A stretch of 64,000 nt of DNA from NCBI GenBank assembly GCA_021801255.1, contig JAJYYH010000039.1, forward strand, positions 2,914-66,913. The letters are read 5' to 3'. Both the position numbers and the translations under genes were made by a program. Origin of the DNA: Pseudomonadota bacterium. GTDB lineage: Bacteria > Pseudomonadota > Alphaproteobacteria > Acetobacterales > Acetobacteraceae. Positions 27,205 to 35,885 of the stretch are shown in pieces; positions within the stretch are counted from its first letter, which is position 1; every line of letters starts with the position of its first letter. The notes beneath the pieces were generated by a model. It was not told the DNA's origin. It did not search any database and saw nothing but the letters and a program-made list of their open reading frames with translations.

Positions 27205-27906
27205 GATTTTGCTTTCCGTTCTTTGCTCACATACGGCCATTCCTGGCCGTCTCACGACTGGTTTCTGACGTTTTCGCCGCGCTTGCGCGCAACATCCTCC
27301 CTTTTCCCCAGCTCATTTTCGAGCCATTCCAGAGCCAAACCCATCTCGCAGCCCAACACAGAACCAGCCCGCGCGTTCCCGATATTGCGGCGCGTCCCTC
27401 GCCGATGGGCCAAACCCCGGCCACGGAACCCGCCTCACGCCCCACCTGTTCGATCGAAAAGCTATCCGATTCTTTTAGCGGATGCTACGATTTCCGATTG
27501 CACCGGGGCGCGCGATCCCTAATTCTTGATCACATAGGCTTGGAAACCGAAGGGAACCACTCTGTGGCGTCACTGTCCTCCACACCCACCTTGCCGAGGC
27601 CTCGGCATGCGGCGACGAAGAACTTCGTGACGTTCCGGGCCCACCTGCTGTCCCTGGTCCACCACGATCGGGACGACGGGCTTTCCCTTGGCGGCGGCTC
27701 AGCCTCTTTCGGGTCTCGTTCGGGCTTTTGCTCCTCTCACGGTTTCACACTCTCCTCGTTGGTTCTGACGTTTCTGGTTGCTCTACTCTGGTCTTGTCGG
27801 GTCGGCTTCCCCTTCTCGCTCGGCGCTCCGCTACGGGCTCTTCAAGAAAGCCGCCGCGAAGCGAATATAGGTCTCTATGGTCGCCAATTCATAATGGAAA
27901 TGTCGC

Positions 27907-28584
27907 ATGGCCTTCATTTTTTTGCGTGAGACCATCCGGGCCTATCGCGAGAAGGATCCGGCGGCGCATTCCGACCTCGAGGTGCTGCTCTGCTATCCCG
28001 GTCTCCATGCCCTGATGTGGCATCGCCTGGCGCAAGCGCTGTGGCGCCGCCGCCTGCGCCTGCTCGGGCGGCTGGTTTCCTATCTCAGCCGCTGGCTCAC
28101 TGGCATCGAGATCCATCCCGGCGCGCGCGTCGGCCGGCGCGTGATCATCGACCACGGCATGGGGGTGGTGATCGGCGAGACCGCCGAAATCGGCGATGAT
28201 GTCTATATGTATCATCAGGTTACCTTGGGGGGCACCACCTCCGAGCGGGGCAAGCGCCACCCCACCATCGGCAACGGCGTGATCATCGGCGCCGGGGCGA
28301 AGGTGCTCGGGGCGATCACCATCGGCGACAACGCCCGGATCGGCGCCAATGCGGTGGTGGTGCAGCCGGTCGCGGCCGGCACCACGGTGGTGGGCATTCC
28401 CGCGCGCCCGATCGAGCGTCAGCGCCACGCCCCCTGCTTCGATCCCTATGGCACGCCGGCCGAGGCGGCGCTCGATCCGCTGCTCCGCGACGTGGAAAGC
28501 CTCCGCGCCGAACTCACCGAGGTCGAGGCGCGGCTCGCGCGGCTCGCGTCGGGGGTGAAAATGCGCGAGTCGGCCGGAGATTAG
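27907..28584 (+). CDS. cysE: Serine O-acetyltransferase
   Basis: [49 protein letters not shown], and hexapeptide repeats. Confidence 0.9.
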   Translation: MAFIFLRETIRAYREKDPAAHSDLEVLLCYPGLHALMWHRLAQALWRRRLRLLGRLVSYLSRWLTGIEIHPGARVGRRVIIDHGMGVVIGETAEIGDDVYMYHQVTLGGTTSERGKRHPTIGNGVIIGAGAKVLGAITIGDNARIGANAVVVQPVAAGTTVVGIPARPIERQRHAPCFDPYGTPAEAALDPLLRDVESLRAELTEVEARLARLASGVKMRESAGD

Positions 28585-28587
28585 AGC

Positions 28588-29037
28588 ATGCAACTCTCCA
28601 CACGCGGGCGCTACGCGGTCATCGCCCTGGTTGATCTCGCCGCGCACGCGGAACCCGATTGCGCCGCCCGGCCGGTGAGCCTCGCCGAGGTCGCCGCGCG
28701 CCAGGGCATTAGCCCAGCCTATCTCGAACAGATTTTCGGCCGCCTGCGCCGCGCCGGCCTGGTGATCTCGGCGCGCGGCCCGGGCGGCGGCTACTGCCTC
28801 GCGCGGCCGGCCATGCAAATCACCATCGCGACCGTCATCCGCGCCGTCGATGAAGGCAACGCCGAGGGGTGCTGCCTTGACGGCATCGCGATCGGCGCCG
28901 CGGACGGCCCGACGGCCGCGCTGTGGCAGGAACTCTGCCAGCGTATCCATGACTTCCTCGACGCCATCACCCTCGCCGACGTGGTCGCCGGCAAGTGCGG
29001 CGTGGGGCATCCCGGCAAACCGCGGAAAGCTGCTTGA
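28588..29037 (+). CDS. Rrf2-family transcriptional regulator (IscR/CymR-like)
   Basis: MQLSTRGRYAVIALVDLA...ISPAYLEQIFGRLRRAGLVISARGPGGGY. Confidence 0.9.
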   Translation: MQLSTRGRYAVIALVDLAAHAEPDCAARPVSLAEVAARQGISPAYLEQIFGRLRRAGLVISARGPGGGYCLARPAMQITIATVIRAVDEGNAEGCCLDGIAIGAADGPTAALWQELCQRIHDFLDAITLADVVAGKCGVGHPGKPRKAA

Positions 29038-29038
29038 A

Positions 29039-30148
29039 ATGCCGCGCGCGGAAACCGCGCAGCGGCGGGTCTATCTCGACGCGAACGCCACCGAGCCGCT
29101 GCTTCCCGCGGCGCGCGCGGCGCTGCTCGCGGCGTTTGACCAGATCGGCAATCCCGCCTCCGTGCATGGCCCCGGCCGCGCCGCCCGTGCGCTCCTCGAA
29201 GCTGCGCGCGAGACCATCGCCCAGCGCTTCGGCGCCCGCCCGGCCGATCTCGTCTTCACCTCCGGCGGTACCGAGGCCAATACCCTGGCGATCACCGGGC
29301 TTGGCATCGGGCGGAGGCGGATCATCGGCGCCACCGAACACGACGCGGTGCGCGCCGCCGCCCCGGAGGCCACGATCCTGCCAGTCGATTCCGCCGGACG
29401 CGCCGACCTCGCCGCCCTGGAGCAGATCCTGGCGGGCACGGACGACGCCTTCGTCGCCCTCATGCTCGCCAACAACGAAACCGGCGTCCTCCATCCCATC
29501 CCAGCGGCCGCGCGCCTATGCCACCGCTTCGGCGCGCATCTCCATGTCGATGCGGTGCAGGCGGCCGGGCGCCTGGCGCTCGATTGGGCGGCCCTCGGCG
29601 CCGACAGTCTCGCGCTTTCCGCCCACAAGCTCGGCGGCCCGACCGGCGTCGGGGCGCTGCTGCTCGCCCCGGACGCCGCCGATCGTCTGGTGCCGCTGAT
29701 CAAGGGTGGCGGCCAGGAGCGCGGGCGGCGCGGCGGCACCCCGGCGCTCGCCGCCATCGCCGGCTTCGCCGCCGCCGCGAGCACGCCGCCCGCCGACCTC
29801 GCCCCTTTGCGCGATGCCGCCGAAATGGCCGCGCGCGCGGCTGGCGCCATCGTCTGCGGCGCCGGCGCCGCGCGCCTGCCCAACACCACCTGCCTCGCTC
29901 TGCCCGGCGTGGCGGCGGAAACCCAGGTGATCGCGCTCGATCTCGCCGGGATCGCGGTCTCGGCGGGGGCGGCGTGCAGCTCCGGCAAGGTCGCGCGGAG
30001 CCACGTGCTGGCGGCGATGGGGCTCGGCGAGCTTGCCGGCCAGGCGATCCGCGTCTCGCTGCCGTGGAATGTCTGCGCCGACGATATCACGGCCTTCGCC
30101 GCCGCCTATCAGGCGATGGCGCGGCGCCTCGCCCGCCGCGCCGCCTGA
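29039..30148 (+). CDS. Cysteine desulfurase (NifS/IscS class V aminotransferase)
   Basis: YLDANATEP, FTSGGTEANT, PLP-Lys motif SAHKLGGP, active-site Cys loop SAGAACSSG. ATG 29039 lies 1 nt after the Rrf2 stop. Confidence 0.9.
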   Translation: MPRAETAQRRVYLDANATEPLLPAARAALLAAFDQIGNPASVHGPGRAARALLEAARETIAQRFGARPADLVFTSGGTEANTLAITGLGIGRRRIIGATEHDAVRAAAPEATILPVDSAGRADLAALEQILAGTDDAFVALMLANNETGVLHPIPAAARLCHRFGAHLHVDAVQAAGRLALDWAALGADSLALSAHKLGGPTGVGALLLAPDAADRLVPLIKGGGQERGRRGGTPALAAIAGFAAAASTPPADLAPLRDAAEMAARAAGAIVCGAGAARLPNTTCLALPGVAAETQVIALDLAGIAVSAGAACSSGKVARSHVLAAMGLGELAGQAIRVSLPWNVCADDITAFAAAYQAMARRLARRAA

Positions 30149-30238
30149 ACGCCGCGCCGGCTTGCAGGGCAATAGTGGACGTTCTACCTCCGCCGCCATC
30201 CACCCGCGCGGCCACGGCCAAGATAGAGCGAGCTCGCC

Positions 30239-30571
30239 ATGCCCAGAATGACCTTCATCGAACGCGACGGCACCAGGCGCGAGGTTGACGCCCCGCTCGG
30301 CCTCTCGGTGCTGGAAATCGCCCATCGCCACGACATCGATATCGAGGGCGCTTGTGAAGGCTCGCTCGCCTGCTCGACCTGCCACGTCATCGTCGATCCC
30401 GCCTGGTTCGGCAAACTCGCAACCCCCAGCGAAGACGAGGAGGATATGCTCGACCTCGCCTTCGGCCTGGAAAAAACCTCCCGCCTCGGCTGCCAGATCG
30501 TGATGAGCGACCAACTCGACGGCCTCACCGTCCGCCTCCCCGCCGCCACCCGCAACCTGCTCAACGAATGA
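30239..30571 (+). CDS. 2Fe-2S ferredoxin (adrenodoxin/Fdx type)
   Basis: [12 protein letters not shown]....LGCQI cysteine pattern; 110 aa. Confidence 0.9.
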   Translation: MPRMTFIERDGTRREVDAPLGLSVLEIAHRHDIDIEGACEGSLACSTCHVIVDPAWFGKLATPSEDEEDMLDLAFGLEKTSRLGCQIVMSDQLDGLTVRLPAATRNLLNE

Positions 30572-30683
30572 CCACGATGCGGCGACGTGGGAAGGAAGGC
30601 AAGGCCAGGAGGGCGCCGCTCTCCTGCACCACCCGCCAGGGACAATGTCCCCGGACCCTCTCCCGGCAACCCTCCTCCAGGAT

Positions 30684-30749
30684 GGGGGTCTGGGGCTACT
30701 GGCCCCAGCGGGGCGTCCAGAGGGGCAGCGCCCCTCTGGCCTTACTTTT
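30684..30749. repeat. REP-like intergenic hairpin repeat, copy A
   Basis: tctgggg-ctactgg-ccccag followed by ccagagggg-cagcg-cccctctgg-cctta. Shares its order and core with the copies at 55444-55560 and 62009-62056. Confidence 0.7.
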
Positions 30750-30779
30750 CGCCCGTTCAGCCGCGTCGGGAGGTCATGC

Positions 30780-31856
30780 GTGAGGGTGGTGGTGGCGATG
30801 TCGGGCGGGGTGGATAGTTCCGTGGTGGCGGGGCTGTTAGCCGAGGCCGGCCATGAGGTGGTGGGGGTCACCCTGCAGCTTTACGATCATGGCGCGGCGC
30901 GCGGGCGCAAGGGCGCCTGTTGTGCCGGCCAAGACATCCATGATGCCCGCCGGGTCGCCGATCATCTGGGAATTGCGCATTACGTGATCGATGCCGAGGC
31001 GCGGTTTCGCGCCGCGGTGATCGAGGATTTTGCCGCATCTTACGCGGCCGGCGAGACGCCGGTGCCGTGCGTGCGCTGCAACCAGAGCGTGAAATTCGGC
31101 GATTTGCTGGCGCTGGCGCGCGATCTGGGGGCGGCGGCGCTGGCGACCGGGCATTATGTGCGGCGCCTTGAGGGGCCGGCGGGGGTGGAACTGCATCGCG
31201 CGGCGGATCTGGCGCGCGATCAGAGCTGGTTTCTGTTTGCCACGACCCGCGCGCAGCTCGAATTCTGTCGTTTCCCCCTGGGCGAGATGGCGAGCAAAAC
31301 GGTGGTGCGGGCGGCGGCGGCGCGGCTTGGCCTGCCAGTTGCAGAAAAGCCGGACAGCCAGGATATCTGTTTCGTTCCGGAAGGGCGTTATTCGGACGTG
31401 GTGGCGCGGCTGCGCCCGGAGGCGGCGCTGCCGGGCGAGATCGTGTCGCGCGCGGGTCGTGCGCTCGGGCGCCATGAAGGGATTGCGCACTACACCGTCG
31501 GGCAGGCCAAGCGGCTGGGGATGGCGGGGATGGCGGATGGTGTGCCGCAGGTGGTGGTGGCGCTCGATGCCACGCGGCGGCGGGTGGTGGTGGCGCCGCG
31601 CGGGGCAGCCGGTGTGCGCCGCGTCGGCCTGCGCGAGGTGAACTGGCTGGCGCCGCTGCCGACCGCCCCGGTGCCCTGCGCGGTGAAGCTCCGCGCCCGC
31701 GAGACGCCGCAGCCGGCCGTGGTGCGGCTGGGGGCGGAATGTGCGGCGACGGTCGAGCTGGACGCCCCGGCGCTTGCCGCGCCGGGCCAGGCTTGCGTGT
31801 TTTATCAGGGCACTCAGGTGCTCGGCGGCGGCTTCATCACGGCGAGCGGCGGTTGA
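30780..31856 (+). CDS. mnmA: tRNA 2-thiouridine(34) synthase
   Basis: PP-loop [13 protein letters not shown]; CCAGQD...; [13 protein letters not shown] 30780 gives the canonical (M)[10 protein letters not shown]-terminus. Confidence 0.9.
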   Translation: MRVVVAMSGGVDSSVVAGLLAEAGHEVVGVTLQLYDHGAARGRKGACCAGQDIHDARRVADHLGIAHYVIDAEARFRAAVIEDFAASYAAGETPVPCVRCNQSVKFGDLLALARDLGAAALATGHYVRRLEGPAGVELHRAADLARDQSWFLFATTRAQLEFCRFPLGEMASKTVVRAAAARLGLPVAEKPDSQDICFVPEGRYSDVVARLRPEAALPGEIVSRAGRALGRHEGIAHYTVGQAKRLGMAGMADGVPQVVVALDATRRRVVVAPRGAAGVRRVGLREVNWLAPLPTAPVPCAVKLRARETPQPAVVRLGAECAATVELDAPALAAPGQACVFYQGTQVLGGGFITASGG

Positions 31857-31893
31857 CGACCTGGGGGCTGGGGCGGTATCTGAGCCCGGCTGT

Positions 31894-31968
31894 GGCGGCG
31901 TAGCTCAGCGGTAGAGCAGGGGAATCATAATCCCTTGGTCGGTGGTTCAAATCCGCCCGCCGCTACCA
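31894..31968 (+). tRNA. tRNA with CAU anticodon, elongator type (Met, or Ile2 if lysidine-modified)
   Basis: Manual fold: acceptor GGCGGCG/CGCCGCT (G1-U72), D arm GCTC-AGCGGTA-GAGC, anticodon arm GGGGA-AT-CAT-AA-TCCCT, variable loop TGGTC, T arm GGTGG-TTCAAAT-CCGCC, then A-CCA. It lacks initiator features (no C1xA72, no three G-C pairs next to the loop). Confidence 0.85.
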
Positions 31969-32273
31969 TTTACGACTGTTAGCATTTGATAATTTTTCGT
32001 AACATTTTAATAGCATTTTACCTGGCAACCCGCATCGGGTTTCGTGATCTGGAATGAGTTTTGTCCTTCACCGCGAAGGGAATGCCCCGGCGCGGTTGGC
32101 TCGCTGGATCATGGGCGCGGGAGAGATCGGCGTGCGTGTCGGGCGATAGGCTTTTCGTCGCTGCCAGGCACAAGCCGCGCGCCAGGGTCACGGGCCGGTT
32201 GCCCTGGCGCCAGCCGCGTGGCACCGTCGTTTCCACACTCGAAGCGCCCAAACGACGAAACGATGGAAGCCAC

Positions 32274-33182
32274 GTGACCCCGATCTGCGCCCGCCATCCC
32301 AACGCGTATGCCGCAAGCCCGCTCGACCGCGCGGCCAACCGGCGCGACGACGCCGGGTTCATCGCGGCGACCTTGGCCTCGCCGGAGAGCCTGTTCGTGC
32401 CGCTCTGGCGCGGGCACATTCTGCTGCGCGCGGGGCGTGCGGCGTTGCTTGCCGGACGCGCCGCCGATCCCTGCCGGGGCGCCGAGGTCATGGCATTTCT
32501 CGGCCTCTGGGAGGGGCGAGCGGTGTTTGCCGTCGAGTTCGGCGATCGCGATCCCGACGCTTCCCCGCCCGCGCTCGCCGAGGGCGCCGAATTCGCCGAT
32601 CTGCGTACCGCCGTGGGCAGCCTGCCCGCGGCCGAGGCGGCGATCCTTGCCCATGCCCGCGCGCTCATGCACTGGCGGACGCGGCATCGTTTTTGCCCGA
32701 TTTGCGGTGGCGCCTGCGCTCCCGCCAGTGCGGGACATGTCTTGGTCTGCACGCGCTGCCAGGCGCAGCATTTCCCGCGCACCGATCCCGCGGTCATCAT
32801 GCTGGTGGTGCGCGGCGATCAAGCGCTGCTCGGCCATGCGCCGCGTTTTCCTGCCGAGATGTATTCGACCCTGGCCGGCTTCGTCGAGCCGGGCGAAAGC
32901 CTCGAAGAGGCGGTGGCTCGCGAGGTGTTCGAGGAAACCGGTGTGCGGGTCGGCGCGGTGCATTATCATTCCAGCCAGCCCTGGCCGTTTCCGGCCTCGA
33001 TCATGCTCGGCTTTCATGCCAAGGCGCTGACCGAGGAGATCGTGCTTGATCACGATGAATTAGCCGATGCGCGGTGGTTTTCGCGCGCCGACCTCCGCGA
33101 CCACAAGATGCTGGGCTTCCGTCTGCCGCGCGGCGACAGTATCGCCCGGCGGCTGATCGAGGACTGGCTCGTGTCCGGCTGA
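32274..33182 (+). CDS. nudC: NAD+ diphosphatase (NUDIX, NudC type)
   Basis: Zinc ribbon CPICGG...CTRCQ, Nudix box GFVEPGESLEEAVAREVFEETG, and SQPWPFP. GTG 32274 is the proposed start. Confidence 0.85.
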   Translation: MTPICARHPNAYAASPLDRAANRRDDAGFIAATLASPESLFVPLWRGHILLRAGRAALLAGRAADPCRGAEVMAFLGLWEGRAVFAVEFGDRDPDASPPALAEGAEFADLRTAVGSLPAAEAAILAHARALMHWRTRHRFCPICGGACAPASAGHVLVCTRCQAQHFPRTDPAVIMLVVRGDQALLGHAPRFPAEMYSTLAGFVEPGESLEEAVAREVFEETGVRVGAVHYHSSQPWPFPASIMLGFHAKALTEEIVLDHDELADARWFSRADLRDHKMLGFRLPRGDSIARRLIEDWLVSG

Positions 33183-33201
33183 ACCGGCCGGGCGAAGCAC
33201 G

Positions 33202-35010
33202 ATGCTGGTTCCGGGCGTGATGGCGACGCTGGTCCTGCTGCTCGCCGCGGGGCTTGTCGCCGGGCTGGTCGGAGGGGCGGCGGCTCTGCTGCTGGCCGCG
33301 CCGCAGCGGTGGCTTGGCAGGTTCTTGTGGCTGGCGCCGCTGGGGGCGGCGGTGCTCGGGGGCCTCGTCTGCGGCGCCGGGACAGGGGGGCGGGCACTCC
33401 TCGCCCTGCCGCTTGGTCTGCCAGGATACGGCGCGGTGCTCACGATCGACGGGTTGGCGGGATTTTTCCTGATGGCGAGCGGCGTCGCGCTGGCCGCCGT
33501 GCTGCGTCTCGTCCCACCGGCCCGCCCCGCTGCCGCAGCCCTGCTCGCGGGGTTTTACGCCAGCCTGCTCGCGGCCGATGGGTTTACGCTGATCGCCGCG
33601 CTTGCCGCGACCCTGGTCGCGCTTTGGCGCCTTGTGGCGGCGGGGCGGGGGACGGTACTGGCGGGGATCGTCGGGCTCGGCGCACTCTTGCTGGCGCTGG
33701 CCCGGCTGGCGCCGCTGTTTCCCGATGGCGCACCCGATGTCGCTTTCAGCGCCATGCGCGCGGCGCCGCAGGCTGGGGCGCGGGGGGCTGCGATCGTGGC
33801 GCTGGCTTTGCTTGGCGCTGGCTTGATCGCGCTCCCCTTGCTGTGGCCTGCCCGGCTCGGGCGGCGGGTAGCGCACGAAGCCGCCCTGATCGTTGCTTTG
33901 TTGGTGCCGAGCGGGCTCTATCTCGTGCTGCGGTTCACCGGCGATCTGGCGGCGCTCGGCGCCGCGCCAGGGCAGGACGTGATAATCGTGCTGGGAGGTG
34001 CGGCGCTCATGCTGGGCGGGGCGCGGGAGGCCCTGCTTACCATAACGCTCGGCCGCATCGCCGCCGCCGTGGGCGTGGCGCTGCTCGGCGAGGCGATCCT
34101 GGCGTGCGGGGTTGCCGCCCTCGCGCGCGGCGCCGATCTCACCGATGCGGCGCACGCGGCGGCCAGCGCGGCGTTGCTGCTGGTGTTTCTGGCGAGCCTC
34201 GCGCCGGTGCTTCTGCTGCTGGTCGCGGCCGTGCTCCGCGCCGAGGCGGGAACCGAGGCGCTTGCCCGGCTCGGCGGCCTTGCCCCGCGCCTGCCGTTTA
34301 CCGCCGCAAGCGCACTGGCCGGGGCGAGCGCGCTCGCGGCGCTGCCGCCGGGACCGGGATTCGCGGCGATGGCGCTGCTGCTCGGCACGCTTTGGCATCT
34401 GCCGCGCATCGGCGGCGGCGCTGGCGCATTTGGCGCGGCACTCTTGGTGGCCCTACTCGGCGCCGGCCTGGCCCTCGGGGTTTTCGCCATGCTGCGCTTT
34501 CTTGGCCTGGGTTTTCTCGGCCCCCCACGCACCCCGCGCGCCTCGGCCGCGACCGAGAGCGATCGCCCGGCGTGCTGGGTTCTGGGCGGGCTTGCCGGGC
34601 TTCTCGCGCTGGCCGGCGTGGCCCCCGGCCTCATTCTGTGGCTTGCCAGCCCGGCGTTGGCGGTGCTGCTGCCGGCAGCGGCGGCGGTGTCAGGGGGGCT
34701 GCGGCCGGGCTGGCTCGCCTGGCTCGCACCACCGCTCCTGGCCGGGCTGCTCGTCGCGCTGGTTGCCTTGATGCAACGCTTTCGCGGCGCGCAGGCGGAT
34801 GCCGCGCGGCCGGAATCGGCTTGGCAGGAGGGCTATGGTCCGCCGCCGCGCTGGCTGCCTTTCGGTGATCCTGCGACGCTGATCGACCCGGCTTGCTTCA
34901 CCGCGTCATGGCGCTGCGCCGAACGCCCGCTTGGGGCGGCGCTGGCGCGGCTTGCCCGGCGCCCGCGCGCTGCCTGGCGAGCGGGCTGCGCCGCTTGGTG
35001 GGAGGGATGA
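33202..35010 (+). CDS. Antiporter-like membrane subunit (HyfB/NuoL family) of a hydrogenase-related complex, highly divergent
   Basis: About 14+ TM, Ala/Leu/Gly-rich. LTIDGLAGFFL resembles the HyfB/NuoL N-terminal motif. The C-terminal ESAWQEGYGPPP resembles GDAWACGYG of HyfB. First gene of a four-gene coupled operon. Confidence 0.55.
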   Translation: MLVPGVMATLVLLLAAGLVAGLVGGAAALLLAAPQRWLGRFLWLAPLGAAVLGGLVCGAGTGGRALLALPLGLPGYGAVLTIDGLAGFFLMASGVALAAVLRLVPPARPAAAALLAGFYASLLAADGFTLIAALAATLVALWRLVAAGRGTVLAGIVGLGALLLALARLAPLFPDGAPDVAFSAMRAAPQAGARGAAIVALALLGAGLIALPLLWPARLGRRVAHEAALIVALLVPSGLYLVLRFTGDLAALGAAPGQDVIIVLGGAALMLGGAREALLTITLGRIAAAVGVALLGEAILACGVAALARGADLTDAAHAAASAALLLVFLASLAPVLLLLVAAVLRAEAGTEALARLGGLAPRLPFTAASALAGASALAALPPGPGFAAMALLLGTLWHLPRIGGGAGAFGAALLVALLGAGLALGVFAMLRFLGLGFLGPPRTPRASAATESDRPACWVLGGLAGLLALAGVAPGLILWLASPALAVLLPAAAAVSGGLRPGWLAWLAPPLLAGLLVALVALMQRFRGAQADAARPESAWQEGYGPPPRWLPFGDPATLIDPACFTASWRCAERPLGAALARLARRPRAAWRAGCAAWWEG

Positions 35011-35885
35011 TGGCGGGCATGGTGGAAATTCCGCACCTCGCCTTGATGATCGCCGCGGCCCTGGCCCTCGGCGTGGGGGTTCGGGACAAGCCTGGGTTTG
35101 CCGCGATGCGGGAGAATTTTTTGATGTGGCGCGGGCTGTGGCGTCAGCGCGCGCGCTGGCCAGCGCCCTTGACCGGGGCGTTCTGGCTCGCGCCCGCGCT
35201 CAGTCTGGCCAGCGTCTTGCTCGCCGCCGCCCTTACGCCCTCCTTCACGACCGCCTTACCTGGTGCCGCGCTTGCTTCCCTGCCGCTGCTCGCGGGCCTG
35301 CTCGGGCTGTCGGCGCTGGCGCCGGGTCTGGCGCTGCTGGAGGGGGGAACGACGGCGGGGGGCCTCGCGCTCGGATGGCGGCTCGGCTTCGGCGTGCTCG
35401 CGACACCGATCCTGTTTCTCGTGTTGTGGAGCCTGGCGCAGCTCGCGGGCGGGGTTCTCATCGGCGGCATCAGCGCCGAGATCGCCGCGGGCGCGCCGCT
35501 CGCGCCCCGCCTGCTCGGTCTGCTGGCCCTGGCCGCCCTGGCCCGCTGCGCTCCCGAGCCGCTGCCTTGCCCGGACCATGCGGGCCGCGCGCGCGCGGCT
35601 TTTCTTGCCGCCGCCGCGCTACGCCGCGTCGTGCTGTGCAGCCTCATCGCCGATCTGTTTTTTCCCGCCGGCCTCGCCGGGACCGAGGTCGCGGGTTGGG
35701 GGATCGGCATCCTCGCCTGGGTGATCAAGGCCGGGGCGGTGGCGCTCGCCGGGTCGGCGCTGGCCCCGGCGCGCCCAGCAACGCGGCGTCCAAGCCCGAC
35801 ACTGCTCAGCCCAGAGCTGGGCGCGGCCTGGGCGCTGGCCCTCGGTGCCGCGCTGTCGGCCGCCTTCGCGCGCGGGGCGGCATGA
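35007..35885 (+). CDS. Integral membrane subunit (possibly NuoH/HycD-like) of the hydrogenase-related complex
   Basis: ATG 35007 overlaps the upstream stop (ATGA). Polytopic Ala/Leu-rich protein. The family assignment rests on operon position and only weak similarity. Confidence 0.4.
   Translation: MMAGMVEIPHLALMIAAALALGVGVRDKPGFAAMRENFLMWRGLWRQRARWPAPLTGAFWLAPALSLASVLLAAALTPSFTTALPGAALASLPLLAGLLGLSALAPGLALLEGGTTAGGLALGWRLGFGVLATPILFLVLWSLAQLAGGVLIGGISAEIAAGAPLAPRLLGLLALAALARCAPEPLPCPDHAGRARAAFLAAAALRRVVLCSLIADLFFPAGLAGTEVAGWGIGILAWVIKAGAVALAGSALAPARPATRRPSPTLLSPELGAAWALALGAALSAAFARGAA

Noticed and set aside
27260-27900. Possible known ncRNA (tmRNA, RNase P, SRP RNA, cobalamin/TPP/c-di-GMP riboswitch)
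   Set aside because: No GAGGAAAGUCCGG core, no ANDN-type tag reading frame ending in a stop, no GGUUCGAAUCC..ACCA end, and no B12 box or other riboswitch core was found on either strand. The region remains unassigned.
27405-27929. 174-aa plus-strand ORF in the cysE upstream gap
   Set aside because: Its Ser/Leu/Phe-rich sequence derives from a C/T-rich tract. It has no RBS and overlaps the cysE start. The region is treated as non-coding (see finding).
31894-31968. Initiator tRNA-fMet
   Set aside because: Positions 1:72 are paired (G-U) rather than a C-A mismatch, and the anticodon stem ends with A-U instead of three consecutive G-C pairs. It was called as an elongator CAU tRNA.
32035-32065. 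TPP-riboswitch-like fragment cgtgatctggaatgag
   Set aside because: Only a short resemblance to the ..CUGAUCUGGAUAAUGCC.. element. The CUGAGA box and pairing partners are absent, and the downstream gene, nudC, is not thiamine-related.
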